Shown one piece after another: positions 35,001 to 47,589 of a stretch of 64,000 nt of DNA (positions within the stretch are counted from its first letter, which is position 1; each line of letters starts with the position of its first letter). A model generated the notes under the pieces. That model ran no database searches. It worked only from the letters and a program-made list of their open reading frames with translations, and was not told the origin of the DNA. The DNA is from Trypanosoma brucei. Its lineage: Eukaryota. The stretch covers positions 2,464,001 through 2,528,000 of the forward strand of contig CM000207.1 of the NCBI GenBank assembly GCA_000002445.1. Reading direction: 5' to 3'. Position numbers and translations under genes: made by a program.

Positions 35001-38000
35001 CACTTAAATGTTTCATGAGTAATCTCACAGCTATGAGTGGCGAAAGGCAAGGTGGTGTGTGTGATGGCACCGAATGCATACGTGCGGTAACGTTGTATAA
35101 TGCTGCTGATAATGCCTTCAGTGACGAAGGACTACATGAAGGTGCTCTTTCCTCACTCTGTGGTCGCATTCTAGCTGAGAAATTAACCATCACAATGTCA
35201 GAAGGTGAGAAATTTGACTTACAAGGAGTCAGTGAGCTAAAGCAGTTGGAAGAGTTACGCATTGAATATCCACGTGGGCAAAGGTTCTCTACTAAAACTG
35301 TTTGCATCGTCCAAGCTGATAAAGGAGGTGAAGGTGTTATCAACTGGAGAAACGGTAGTTCGCGAAGAGATTAACTGCGAGAACTTAAAGGTCATATTTA
35401 CTCTAACTCAATAGCTGCTTCCAATGATAAGGCAAATTTTCAACATGGTGAAAGGGGTTCACAATTTCACTACTCTTTGGACCTGAGAAACCAGCTAAAG
35501 ATGTTGAATCATCTGGACTGCCGATGCCAATCAGTACCGTATGCGAACTCTTCGGAAAAACGGCACTTAGGGGAGTCAAAAAACTGTGTGCGAGAGCTGC
35601 GGCAGCTACAATAGTCAGGTTTCCAACCATGAAGACGCAGCTCTAATTCTGTTTTAGAATTTCTGAGTGCTATCGGATCGAAGGAAAACAGTTCCTGAAT
35701 TGCAGCAGTGCTTATAAACTCTTTGATGAGGCTTAATTGGGTTGGTCGCAGCTGCGTTGCTCGAGGGTTGGGGTGGTTCAAAGTAGATATCACATCCAAC
35801 ATGGTGGATAAGCAACTTCCCGCCTCACTGAACAAAAAAGATCATGACAACGACTATAGAGTTCGACGAACGTGGGATTGACGCGTGGGTTTCTTCGGGT
35901 GTCGGCGTTAGGCCGCATCCTATTTAGAGCGATGTAACGTTGAGCACGGAACTAAGTAAGAACAGAGGATCCAACGATAGTTTATTTCCCAGGAATCCGA
36001 TTCTCAAAGCGAAGGATTCGGACGTAAACAAACTGGGAGGTGCGCCGCAGCGGAGAAATAATGCTTGCGCGACAGCCGCTAAGATGCTATACGTAAGCGC
36101 TGGAGAAGACGGGGCACACGGCACTTGGATTGGGCATCTGGAAACCACAAGGCCTTATGTTGACGAGGAAAAATGGCCAACGATGCCAAGACCCAAAAGC
36201 CCCCGGGCCACACTGCACCCATTAAAAGAAGTATTGAAGCATGCTCACCAAACGACAAAATCAGAAAGAACAAGAATAGAGAGGCTTAAAGCAGCAGTTT
36301 TAGCTGAACGGTGCTCCGCGGAAGAAAGCGCCTACAGTCTTCCACCCCGGAATCGTCCACGAAAAGATAAACTACGGTGTCGCTCCTAGGAGATTCTCAT
36401 GTCTCTACCTGAAAGGGGGGAAGACGGAAAGCGCGAAAGCTGAAGCAGTGCAAATCATTGCTGGGGTTTCCTCAGACTCGAACAAACAAGACATGCTCAA
36501 AAAAGCACGACTGATATTTGTTTGAAAAGCGGCAAGCAAGAGGGCGACGGAATATTACATGCAATGAAGCGCCAAAAGGGGGCGCTTTTCAAGCATAATA
36601 AGCCGGCGATAGTCGCGAAACAACCCAATACTTGAATGGCTGAATTCAGTGGAGGGATGGTGCTCCGACACCAAAAATCAAGGTGTACTCCACACTTAAA
36701 GCTCCTTGGACATTGGCTCCAGAGTGTACACAAATTTGCCATACGTGGGTGGGTATAAAAGCAAACGCAAAAGACAAATGGAGGAGGGCTCATACGCCGA
36801 AAAAAATAGGGATATTCAGCAAGAAGGACTGAAACGTTTCAACAAATGAACTGGTGAGTTTAGGCAGTTAGTCCACTGCAGAAACGATAATCATCGGCAA
36901 CATGGAAGAATACAGGATTAAAGGGACACCTGAATATTGGGATGCAGTCATCGTGCAGAAGCAATGCTAATGGAAAAGGTGCTGAATACGCTACTGGAAA
37001 CAATGAAAGACAGAGTTTAGCGGAGGATTGAATCGCGGGCTGTGTATGGAAGGGTGGTTTTCACAGTCAGTAAAAAGAATGCGGTGATTTCTATGCAGCT
37101 TATTTTCTTCCACCACGTTGTTTGGAAAGACAGCGCAATAGCAGATGAGATTGCAGTGGAAGAATCAACTGCAGAAAGACACACCTAATATATAAAGTTG
37201 ATATTTTGGTGGGAGACATAAAGCAGAAGCGCAACAAAAGAACATGCTGTGCTCGAAGCTGGATTGGGGCGAAATACGCACAGGAGAAACTTTCTAGGCC
37301 CCATCGAGTCTCTACTAAAGAAGCGATCGCATGCCGGAATAAAAGAAATCTCGCCCTTTAACAATTTCATATTCACACCCCAGAAACAATTTGGCTAGAC
37401 CGGTGGAACAGCCTCGTTCCCTGATAAGTGTTTCAGCAAATATCGGTTGTACGACAGCCAAATTGATATTGTTGAAAAAAAGAAACAATATCCCGGAGAG
37501 CTTACCAATGAATTAAAAACGCTATTGATAGCCCCCAAGGCTAAGGCAGAGAGAGGTTTGCGATCCAGTGATAGGCACAGAATGTAACTTCATCGTCCAC
37601 TGATAAGGATAGACCATGAGTGACGTAGTTAAGGTACACGAGTGGGCAGAAGTGGCAGACGCATGGGAAGGCTTTAAAAGATGCTGTGAAATCCCTCGTG
37701 TGCGCCACGGATGCTATCAATGTGTTTTGTGTGAGTGTGGCACTCCCCGGAAATGTGAGAAACTTTAAAAAACATATAGACAGACGTGAGAAAGAAAGCA
37801 TAGTATGAAGAAAGAACAGAAAATAGGCCAAGAAAAACAGGTGTCATCGAGGAGAGTGTAACAAAATGCTCACTAAACCAGGAAAAGCGCCAACAACATG
37901 ACTAAACTTCTCTATTTCATTCAGCTACAAACATGAAGAAAGAACTCCGCATGGAAAAAATGTGAGGACGAAATACCAAAGTCATTAGAACGTTCGCAGC

Positions 38001-39699
38001 CAAGTGAAAAAATGAGAGATTCAGCTCAGTGCCATGTTCGTCCGTCATTTCAAAGAAGTATCTTCGGAGGTTTTGGTTTATAAGGAGCATGACGTCGGCG
38101 GGCGTTCTGGAAGGAAGGAAAAAGGGGAAGGAAGTTCCCAACTAAATAAGAAAAGAGACCTAGAAACCGTACATTCGTTTACCTCGGCGTCCTACACCGC
38201 AAACGCTGGGAAGGGAAAGGACACCAACGGGAGCTGCGGAGCAGCGTACAGGCCAATACAAGAAATCACAGCGGCTAGTCCCCAATTTCTAAAACTTCTA
38301 AACCAAATAAAACAGTTCCCATCACCGAAGGCGCCCGCGCATAAGGAAAGAACGAGGCTGCAACAACAAATGACAACCATTCATCACACTATTCTCCATT
38401 TTACCATCCGGAAGAAGTGCAGCACCGCATTCACCATGCTTCAGTATTACCAAACAAAGAATGACATTGCCAATATGCTCACATGATGGCCAAACACAAA
38501 CATTTCCAAAACAGGAAAGCCCAGTAAAAAAAAACCATTTAAAATAAAAAACAAACTGTAACGCAACAACGTCATACTAAAAGGGAAACAATATATTCGA
38601 ATCAATAATTATAATAGTCGAAATAAATAGTTAACACAAACATAAATACAAAAAAATCATTTAAAATAATAGAGCAAACAAACATAATTACGCACCACTA
38701 TGTTATTTTCTTTTTCCAACAGCATTGCAATCAAACTATTTACGGCAACATTCCGCCAATTTTAGATGCTGGTACACAATGTTCCTCACGGCGTATTGTT
38801 GTGCAAAACAGTGTTACCATGCAATTCGCAACCTTTTTGTACTCAAAAAACACGCCTTTCTGTACAACATGCTCCATGCGGGATAATTGATGCACAAAAT
38901 GTGCATTTTGTGCCATAATAGAAAATGCAATAGTAGGCAATAAGGCGTATTTGATGTATGGGCTTCGATTTCGTATCTATTTTTGCTTAAACCACTTTGC
39001 TGTTGTTCGGTGAAAGGTGTCGAGGACAACTGGGGTTACAATTGGTGCCGCTTTTGAGTGGTATAGAGGAGAAAAGCCACCGCTGAATACGCTTGTCTCA
39101 AGTTCTGCTTACCGCAGGTGTTACCGGCCGTGCCCGATTGTTTCCGTTGGCCATCTTCGTGTGCTTTGTTACTAGAAACTTCATATCTGCATCTGTTCAC
39201 AGTTTCTGGCCAAACTTCGTTTTCCATCTACAAAGTTATCCCTATCTTGCCCATGGAGCTTTCTGATAAACTGAAAGCACATATCTTTTCTATGAATTAG
39301 CATCCCTTCGCGAACTTACTACTAAACATTTGGTTTCCGCCATCACATTAAAAACCGCAGTGTCAACCATTTTCGGTGTTACATTTATACATTCTTGAGT
39401 TATTTACGGCAAATAATCTCCTCTCGTGTCATTTTTCTCTTTCTGCTATAATTTCACGCACTCTCTTGTTCTATTCTATATTTCTATTTCTTTAGTTTTA
39501 ATCTTCTGTTTTTATCACTGCAAATATCATCTCGACTTCTTTGGCTTCTGCACTGGATTCTCTCTTTCCCTCATATCATTGCATATAATAATACCAATCA
39601 TCATGTTTGTGCTTGAAGTTGCGCGCATTCCATCTCCCTTTACCTCGATCCTCCTCACTCACTTACTGTCCCACTTACCCACTTTCACTCATTGAACTC

Positions 39700-40130
39700 T
39701 TTTAACTCTTGTAACTCTTATAACTCTCCTAAGTGTTTTATTTTCCCTATTACTTAGGTCTTTAAAACCTCAATTCTTATAATATTGCTTCTATTGTTAT
39801 AATGCCCTCAACCACTGTTACCATTACTATAGCCATAACCCTTAAATACTCTCAATACTCATAATATCAACAAATAATAAAAATAGACCATATTAGAATA
39901 GCACTCATTTTTCATTCCATATTATTACAGTGCCTTGCTCCTATAGGCCACGATCATAACAAAACTACGTATTTTTCATATTCTCAAAAATTTATAAATC
40001 TTCACATTTTCATGAAAAAGTGTTAAAATATAGTAAAATCTCATAAAATAGGAATTTTCATAAATTTTCATGAAATTGCGTAAAAATCCTTAAAATGCTT
40101 ATATTGCTACGAAAAGCACAATGGAAGCAA
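39700..40130 (-). other. Inverted copy of a VSG downstream flank (reverse-complemented 16-mer-like element, CCCTAA telomere-like motif, 70-bp-repeat-like TAAGAGTT motifs)
   Basis: gtgttaaaatatag at 40020-40033 is the reverse complement of the VSG 3'UTR 16-mer. gccataaccctt (about 39826-39838) is the reverse complement of the gggttatggc motif seen at 47225. actcttataactcttgtaactctt is the reverse complement of ataagagtt motifs that flank 70-bp repeats. Confidence 0.6.
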
Positions 40131-40584
40131 CAGTCAGAGAAAACTTCTTATTGACAAGAAAACTGGAATCTTTGCAAGTGTTTTCAATCCATCCACAAAC
40201 AGCTTTGTCACCTGAATTTACATTCTTGTTTTCCGCTTCGCATTCCTCCTTCTTATTATGCTTGGAGCACCTTGACTCAGTTTTCTCGCCTTTCCCATCT
40301 TATTTCAGTGTCTGGTGTGCCGCTTTTGTTGACTCCCCCTTATCCAATTTGCACTTCTTTTTGCCACCTTCTTCTTCAACTTTGCATGGGGGTTTGCATT
40401 CATCTCCTGTTCCTTTTGCTTCGCAAGTTGCGTCTGTTTCGGTGACTTTTGTTCTCGCTATCTGGGACTTGGTTTGAGCGCCGGCTACATTCTTTTGTAG
40501 GTTGGTTTTTTTTTCCCTCGCGCAACCGTCAGGACCATGCAGTTGGTACACACCTGATGGTAAGGAGGAAATGCATTTATGCAC
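40130..40584 (-). pseudogene. VSG 3' fragment (C-terminal domain + GPI signal) in inverted orientation
   Basis: The minus-strand ORF 40300..40584 encodes a cysteine-rich VSG C-terminal domain (...CEAKGTGDECKPPCKVEEEGGKKKCKLDKGESTKAAHQ). Downstream on the minus strand, in a shifted frame, lies the GPI-signal-type sequence (reverse complement of gaaaacttcttattgacaagaaaactggaatc, i.e. DSSFLVNKKFS). Confidence 0.7.
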
Positions 40585-40589
40585 ACCAC

Positions 40590-41160
40590 ACCACGAGGAC
40601 GCGGTGATAGCGTGGAATTCAACGCTGGAGACCGGCGTTCCTACTCACTAAAAGACCCTGTTTTTTTTTTTTGAAGAATTGATACCCACAAGTTGGCGAC
40701 CGCATGTGCGCGTTTCTAGGGAAGCGGTCTCCATTTGACGCCCGTTCGATCCCTCCCACGTTGCGTGAACCATGTTTACCATATCTTTCCGCCTCCCCGG
40801 ATGGAGATTTTATCAGGGATTTTGGTTCCCCACCTGAGCATGGCACTGAACCGTGGTGGAAAACTAAGTAATGGTTCTCTCCCCACGGAGCGGTCGCACC
40901 ATATCCGGTGTTGCGGCCGCTGTTTGGATGGAACATTTGACTTCCCAGTTTATTTCTCTTCTGGTACTGGATCCTGGCGCCATATTGAAGCAGATCTATC
41001 CTTAGTGTAAGCTAAATACTCGCAGCCAGATGGGATAGATCTCGGTATTATCTGCGACGAGCACTCTACTTAACCACTAAACCAAGGTAGACAAGGCTCT
41101 TACCCATCCGAAAACGACCCCCGTGCCTGTGAAGGAGCAGAAATAAAAATATTGTGGGCT
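40590..41160. other. Unassigned non-coding element between the inverted VSG fragment and the first VSG: T13 run (40660-40672), tRNA B-box-like GTTCGATCC (40744-40752), short inverted repeats; possibly retroposon or tRNA-derived remnant
   Basis: There is no coherent ORF. A poly(T) (poly(A) on the minus strand) and an isolated T-loop-like motif are present. A 6-bp perfect hairpin (GACCGC/GCGGTC, 40698-40729) lies just upstream of the B-box-like motif. No cloverleaf could be folded by eye. Confidence 0.2.
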
Positions 41161-41181
41161 CGTAGAATAGGAAAAAAGGAG

Positions 41182-42625
41182 ATGATGATGCGCGCTACAA
41201 CGGTGGCTTCCTTACTAGTTTTAACTTTGCATGCAACAAGGCAAACTGCTGCAAACAAAAAAGCAATCAAAGTACAAGGATTTGTGAAGATGTGCACGCT
41301 TTCCAAAAATCTCAGACCGTGCAGGCGTACGCAACCAATAGACTAAAAAAATGGAAGATGATGATTGCAGATCTCAATGATCTCTGCGAGGACCTAACAA
41401 TTCTAAACAAAAAGTAGCGAAAAGTGCCTGAAGTCGCGACACCAGCTTTAATAAGGCTCTTAAGGCATGAGGCAAAAGCGTTAGAACACAAGTATCAGAC
41501 CCTGGAAGAAACAGCACCACTGGCGGGCTCACTTTCGGCACAGGCAGCAGGGGCAATGGACGAAGCAGCAGCTACTTTCTACGCAGCAACCAAAAACGGC
41601 GGCAGCGGCAAATACTACCTTGACCAGGACGGAACGGCCAACAAACTGGCCACAGCAACAGATCTAGCAGGATTCATGACCGAAGAAAGCGCCCCAGTAG
41701 CAGCAGCAGCAGACACAGCGGCAGTCGAAGTCAAGCCGTCCGATATAACAACCGCAGCGGGCACGGGAAGTGACTGCTTACTCACGCAAACGGACAGCAA
41801 TGGCGGTTATATCAACAGTGACGGCATGACCACGGGCATCAAATGGGCCGGCGGCCTTCTAACGTTCAGCACGAACCAATTAACAAACAATCCCTGGACT
41901 GATACGTCAGCGGCGTTAGCGACAGCACCGGTGCTAGAGCAGGCGGCACGACAGCTGGCAACCATATCAACAAAGTGGAGCCACACGAGCGCCGCAATAG
42001 ATAACCTCCTAAAACTCAAAAAGCCCACCGAACAAACTTTCACTGACATCGAGACCAACGAAAATGTCCTGAACCCTGGAGGCAACGACAAGGCACTAAA
42101 GGTAACAAAGGAACAACTAGAGCAGATCAGGCAAAAAGTAAATAATTACAGAGAACCACTCGCCCGTGACGGGAAACTAGACTCAAGCAGAAATAGTTTT
42201 CACCTCCAAGAACTGACGACAAACACTACAGTTACAATTGAAAAAGTCACCGCAGAATGCAACAAACACACTCAGGGAAAGCAAAGCTACGAGACAAAGG
42301 AAGAAGAATGTAATAAGGCAAAAGACAAAAAAAGTGAATGTGGAAAAAAAACTGGGTGCACTTACGACGGCAGTAAGCCAGCTGGCAAAAAATGAACATT
42401 GAGTGAAGAAACCAAACCAAGCATCGGCAAGAGAAACAGCAAACCAAGAAATAGAAGGAAATGATGAGAAAAAAGGGGAGAAATTTGCAGGGAAAGAACA
42501 AAAATACTGAAAAGATAGCTTCAAATGTAAAGGAAAAAGTGCAGGGATCTCGGTTTTCTCATCAATAAGAATTCTGCTCTGAGTATGGCTGCTGTTTTTG
42601 TGAGCTTTGTAGCATTTTAAGAATT
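41182..42625 (+). pseudogene. VSG: VSG pseudogene (full length about 1.44 kb, frameshifted)
   Basis: An N-terminal signal peptide and a VSG-type mature N-terminus sit in one frame (MMMRATTVASLLVLTLHATRQTAANKKAIKVQGFVKMCTLSKNL; ORF 41152..41346). The main body is in a second frame (41418..42395; the track start 41424 is GTG) and ends in the Cys-rich CTD ...CNKAKDKKSECGKKTGCTYDGSKPAGKK. A GPI-signal-like tail follows in a third frame (...GISVFSSIRILL / DSSFLINKNSALSMAAVFVSFVAF-type at about 42540-42625). No 70-bp repeat upstream. Confidence 0.85.
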
Positions 42626-42702
42626 TTAAGGATTACTGCTCAATTTATTGAAATTTATGAAATTTTGCTATATTTCTTTATTTATCTTTAAGGGATATAT
42701 TT

Positions 42703-42800
42703 AATGATTATAATAGTAATAGTAATCATAATAATAACTATAATAAATATATAGAAGAGCGTTGTGAGTGTGTATATACGAATATTATAATGAAAATTGT
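42703..42800 (+). repeat. VSG-associated 70-bp repeat (about 1.3 copies)
   Basis: taatagtaatagtaatcataataataactataataaatatatagaagagcgttgtgagtgtgtatatacgaatattataatg matches the 70-bp repeat structure: a TAA/TGA-rich part followed by the conserved GTTGTGAGTGTGTATATACGAATATTATAAT core. Confidence 0.85.
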
Positions 42801-45038
42801 GGTAAAAAGTAAATGAGTGGTGAATATAAAAGATTTTAAACAATATAATGGTCGAAATGGACGTAAGTGAGTAAAAGAGATAACACGATTAATGTTATTA
42901 GAGAAAACACGGAAATACAGAAAGAGAGATGGTATATTGAACAGAAGCAGTTTCAAATATGAATATGGATAGGGGCATCATTATACACAACGAGATGACG
43001 AATGGAAAAATAAGGGAGAGACAAAGTTCAGTGACCAGGTTAACTTCTGGCGCTATGTTATGTGCAAAGTATCGGAAGTTAGCGGAAAGATAGAAACAAA
43101 AATAGAAACCGAAACACATGTATCTGTGACCGCCACTGTTTCAGAGAATTTACAACCTAAAGAATGTATTATTTTCTTCAATATGAGACCGTCACTAGAA
43201 GTAAATTGCATAGAATGTTTTTTACCCAATGAATCAGCTACTGGTTGCAGTTAAATTCTCTTAAACTAGCAAAAACAGCACCAAAGTTTGAAAGACTGGC
43301 AGTAAACGGAAATACGCAATGAAGTATAAACGTTGAGAACAAAAAAAGGTTGCATTGCTTCAAAAGTAGCTAAGACACACTGACACTTAGTATCCCTTTA
43401 CACTCGAGGTAATTGTCAAGATTATTGAATAGAATCAAGTATTTTGTTGTTTTTCTAGAACGAAGACAGGTAGAGACGTGGAAAGTGCATCCCAAATGAC
43501 GGAAGCAGTAAACTGAAAACAAGATGACTTAGTAGAGGTTGATTGAATCTACCTTAGTTTATAGAAACCACAGTAGTCTAGCTGTTTCATACAAGGTTCT
43601 TGTTTCCCTAAAGCTTTCGGTCTCGCTATGTTTAAAAGGAGTCAAAATATAGCACACAAATATAAAAATAAATATCTCAAATGGAAGAAACAGGAGCACT
43701 TAAGTTACGAAGGGAAGTAGTCTCAAGGAAACTAGTAGCACCGACTCTTCTTCAATGTTCATAACGTCCATACGAAAAAAAAGATGAAACACATATAGTA
43801 TGGACCTGAATTGGCTGTACAGTTAGAAGGTGTGACTACAAAGGAAATTAAAAATGATCGGTGCGATCAACCGGCAAGCCTCAAAAAAAACATATTTCAC
43901 TCAAAGCTGGATAGATACAGAAACGGAGATAATGGTGACGATCATGTTTTTAATCCGTTTGGAGTTTCTAATATAAAGTTATAGATACCCAGAAATGTAT
44001 TGGATAATTGTGAGGTGCTATAAAAATTTCTTATGGTATTTAGTAATAATGGAAAACATTGTTGGAAACAATATAATATTATCGGAAGGAGAACTTTACA
44101 TATAGAATTGCTAATGGATGACAGTGGAAAGGAAAAATAAAGCAAAGAAAGTGATTAACACAGGATGTTTATGGAGGAATTATTTATGAATTAGAGGGAA
44201 TTAACAGCAACATTCCTGTAATTTCGTATTGATATACTGGACACGCATTAGGATATTTCAAGGAACAAGTAATCTATATAAAAGCAGTCAATGGTGAACA
44301 AATGACGGTTGCCATTAACAAGTTAATCCAATAAACAAAAGCTCCCAAAGCACAAATGTCCAGTTATTAATAGAAAGAGGAACATCCACGCCTAGGATTT
44401 CGAACAAAAGAAAAAAGCTAACCTTTTTTTTGTAAAAATAAGCAATGTTACATTGTTATTCGACCTGCGGCACCTGGAGCCAATATTGCAGTAAGTAAAA
44501 CAAGCGAACGCCATTGAGGTTAAAAATTTAAGATATAGAGGCTTTTTAGATTATTTGCAAAAACATAAGGGTTTAGTGGTAGAGGAATAAATGAAAAATT
44601 TGATACGCCTGCAGCGGCAGTGGACAAGATTAGTGTAAGTGACTCTAAGTGAGATACAAAGAAACATGACAGAAACTGCCGGCACCAACGTTTAACAGAA
44701 CGCATTTTCCGACCGATTCGGAGGTTCATATCCGCGTTTGAACTTCAACGTCAGAAATCCTACAACAGCAACAGAAACCCATAATTAAACAGCAGAGAAG
44801 CAACAGCCTGTAGTACCTGCGCAGTTTCGAACAAATGTTGCGGCGTGCGCGAACCAGAGTGACATCGAAAACATAAGTTTTCAAAGCGCTATCATCGATC
44901 CACACAAAAGAACAACCAAAATGGAAATTCACAACGGCTTATTCAGAGGCGCTATCCAAAGCCCTGACCACTGCCCGTCGCTGGCAAATGCAGCAATAAC
45001 TGGCTGAGAACCAGCGGTCAAAGGGAAGGAAATGCAAT

Positions 45039-46699
45039 ATGAAAAGGGAGCTGTCCACGATCCACGTCATCGCCAACAAACACTTTTCTTTGAACCACAA
45101 AACCGCACAAGACAACGGTAATGCCCTCAGGAAGAGACAGGATAGACCTACAGATCGAATAGCTGTCTCCCTAACCACACAAAAAACCAAGGTGGATACT
45201 CTTAACTTACAAAAATTCACTTTAGGAAAGCGAAACACAGCAAGGTCTAGAGATTCTAAGGGAAAAAGCCCAGAAGTCCGCAGTTTTGCTGGCGGAATTT
45301 GTGGCCGCGGTATTCGCACAGGATGAAGACTCCTCAGTCGAAGCAATAAAGAGCACGTGTGATGAAGCGGTGTGGCTTCACACCGTCCAAGATAATTATA
45401 TCAAAAATGTACAAACAGCTGCAGCTCGAAATTCTGACCTACTCACAGAAGCCAGAATCCTAACCCTAGCCGCGGCACAGTTCTCCGACCAAACACAACA
45501 GGTGGTACTAACCTCGTTAGCTGCCATTGCAGACCAGCGAGCAACTGCAGCGGCAGCGATCCTAAATCGAGAAACACCAAGCTTACTAGCAGCGGTAGCC
45601 TTGCTGAACGAACGACGCGGCAACGTCCGAGCACTGGCGCGCATTCTAAGCACGCAAGAATCCGCAACTTTCTCAGGGTCGACGGCAGCCGGTGGCGGCA
45701 ACGTCCTCTTTGCCGCGACAACAGTCAAGTGCTTTCTAATAGCAACACTGGACAAGAAACCCACAGCGGAGTGTACAGTAACGGAACAGAGCGCGACGAA
45801 GCTAGCAGATGCAGGCCACCACCTGGCCAAAATAACGAAAATGAAAGCGATACCGCTAACAAAATTTGGCATTCCTCAACTTGGTGTGGACATAGAAACG
45901 AAAGGTACATTCGCCGCAGGCAGTAACCAAGCAAACGAAAATAACAAATGCGCAGACAAACCCATAAAAAGCAGCGAAACCAACGGTTCCTGTTTAACGA
46001 AACTAGCACTAAATCAACCTACAGCGGCACCAACGGACGTGAAACTGAAAGATAAAGACGCCTTCGTAAACGTATCCAAAGAAAAAGACCACTACATCAC
46101 CACTGGTACCCAGGTAGCAAGCGCCACCTATAACCCAAGAGCCCTAACATCCAAACTTCTAGGAAAGATTGCGGATGAAACGGCCGATTTCCCGAGCGGC
46201 GACCCCGCCATTAAGAACGTAATCTATCTCGCACTTAGCCAAGAGAAAAACATCAAGGACAGCACCGACCAAAAAGCAGAAAATGTAAAACCCTGCTTGG
46301 CGGCGCCGGGAACAAACTACAAGACAAAATTTTTTGACTTTCAACGAAGACAACATAAAGTATACTGTTAGGGAACAAACCGTAACCACGAGTGTAAGGG
46401 AGGCTGCAAGCGATTTAAACTACGGAATAACACTAGCATTTTCGCATAAAAGACAACACGGCAATAGCCAGAGCAAGGAATTCCAGAGAGCAGGTGAAAG
46501 CACCGACAAAATCAAAGAAACTGAATGCAGAAATAGAAAAGACAGAGGCAAATACAAGGAAAAGAATGGGTGTGAATTCAAAGATGAGGATTGCAAAGTT
46601 AAAGTGACCACAGCAACAGAAACAACAGAAAACACCACAGAAAGCAATTCTTATGTCATTAACAAGGCTCCTCTTTTGCTTTTATTTTTGATTTTATAA
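45039..46699 (+). pseudogene. VSG: VSG pseudogene (at least 2 frameshifts; degenerate N-terminus)
   Basis: The first ORF 45039..45326 carries the mature N-terminus-like AQDNGNALRK. The main ORF 45286..46371 (its track start is TTG) is a VSG N-domain with an Ala/Thr-rich helical region. A third frame, 46334..46699, ends in a classic CTD plus GPI signal (...GCEFKDEDCKVKVTTATETTENTTESNSYVINKAPLLLLFLIL*). Confidence 0.9.
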
Positions 46700-46732
46700 A
46701 ACTTTTTAGATTTCCCCCTCTGTTTTGCTATT

Positions 46733-46748
46733 CGGATATATTTTAACA
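46733..46748 (+). promoter_or_regulatory. VSG 3'UTR conserved 16-mer (GGATATATTTTAACAC)
   Basis: Near-exact match to the conserved VSG 3'UTR 16-mer TGATATATTTTAACAC. Other copies are at 48031-48046, 52168-52183, 58475-58490 and 61527-61542. Degenerate versions are at about 42692, 51115 and 55612. Confidence 0.85.
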
Positions 46749-46904
46749 CTTGAAAATTCCGCGAAAATAATGTGTGTTTGTGTAAAATTGTGACTTTGTA
46801 AAAAAAAAATTGATCTGATAAAAATTTCTCTTTTTTGTCGCTGATTTTTTTCCAGAAAAACAAGAAGGTAAAAAAATGGCGAGGTTATGGAGGATTGAAA
46901 TTTC

Positions 46905-47270
46905 TAGCGACCATTGTTAGGGTTAAATTTTGGTTTTTTGACAATTTTTGGTTTTCGATTTTTCTAGTGACTTTTGAATTTTTAAGGTTGAGGTTTTTAG
47001 GATTATTAGAGTTAAGGTTTTTTTGTTAGACATTTTTGAGATTTATAAATTTTTTTGGCATTTTTCACATTTTTTAAAGTTTTTGGAGTTGGATTAATTT
47101 TATAAAAAAATTGGGGTTTTAAACTCTTTTATGCGTTTTATATTAATTTTCGTAACTTCAGATTTACACTGAACCCGGCATCAGTTGTGCTAAAACCAAA
47201 AACAAAAGAAAGGAAGGATAGATAGGGTTATGGCTAGAGTTAGGGTAAGAGTTAGGGTTATTCGGGTAGA
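46905..47270 (+). repeat. Degenerate telomere-like (TTAGGG-related) repeat block downstream of a VSG
   Basis: Direct sequence reads: tgttagggttaaatttt, ttaaggttgaggtttttaggattattagagttaaggttttt and gatagggttatggctagagttagggtaagagttagggttattcgggtag (47215-47268). The block is homologous to 51295-51340. Confidence 0.8.
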
Positions 47271-47589
47271 TGTTTTAATTCTCCTTTTTTGGTTTTTTTT
47301 AAATTTGTCATTTTTTCTTAGTGATGCAGCAGCTCTTTCTGTATGTCACCTCTAGGCCTTTTTCACTCAACACGCATCTTCTTCTTCATATTTTTACATA
47401 TTTATTTCATATCCACATCGTTACGATTTATTTCTAACACTTTTTTGAATTTGAGCTCTGCATTTTTCTCTGCGCGCGGCCTCAAAATTTTTTTTATGCT
47501 GGCGCGTGGCAGTTTTGCCTCACAAAACGATTTGCTTTCAAAGAAGAAATAATATAAAAAGAGACCTATTTGGAAGTAGGAGATTATCA

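Noticed and set aside
34756-35374. Overlapping ORFs 34756..35343 (-) and 34931..35374 (+) as a possible gene
   Set aside because: They mutually overlap on opposite strands. The minus ORF is Ser-rich low complexity and the plus ORF has no motifs. Neither has a credible start context.
36440-36520. Minus-strand GTTCGAGTC B-box-like motif suggesting a tRNA
   Set aside because: Flanking bases do not form a T-stem, D-arm or acceptor stem by hand folding. Left for tRNAscan-SE.
35940-38486. ORFs 35940..36389 and 38034..38486 (+) as degenerate ingi/RHS/VSG fragments
   Set aside because: No recognisable RT, endonuclease, RHS or VSG cysteine patterns. Purine-skewed low-information sequence. Cannot be supported without a homology search.
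45396-46009. Minus-strand ORFs 45396..45872, 45443..45721, 45725..46009 and similar antisense ORFs inside other VSGs (e.g. 56984..57541, 59950..60537)
   Set aside because: These are antisense, frame-overlapping artefacts of the Ala/Thr/Ser-rich codon composition of VSG N-domains. Sense-strand VSG homology is unambiguous.
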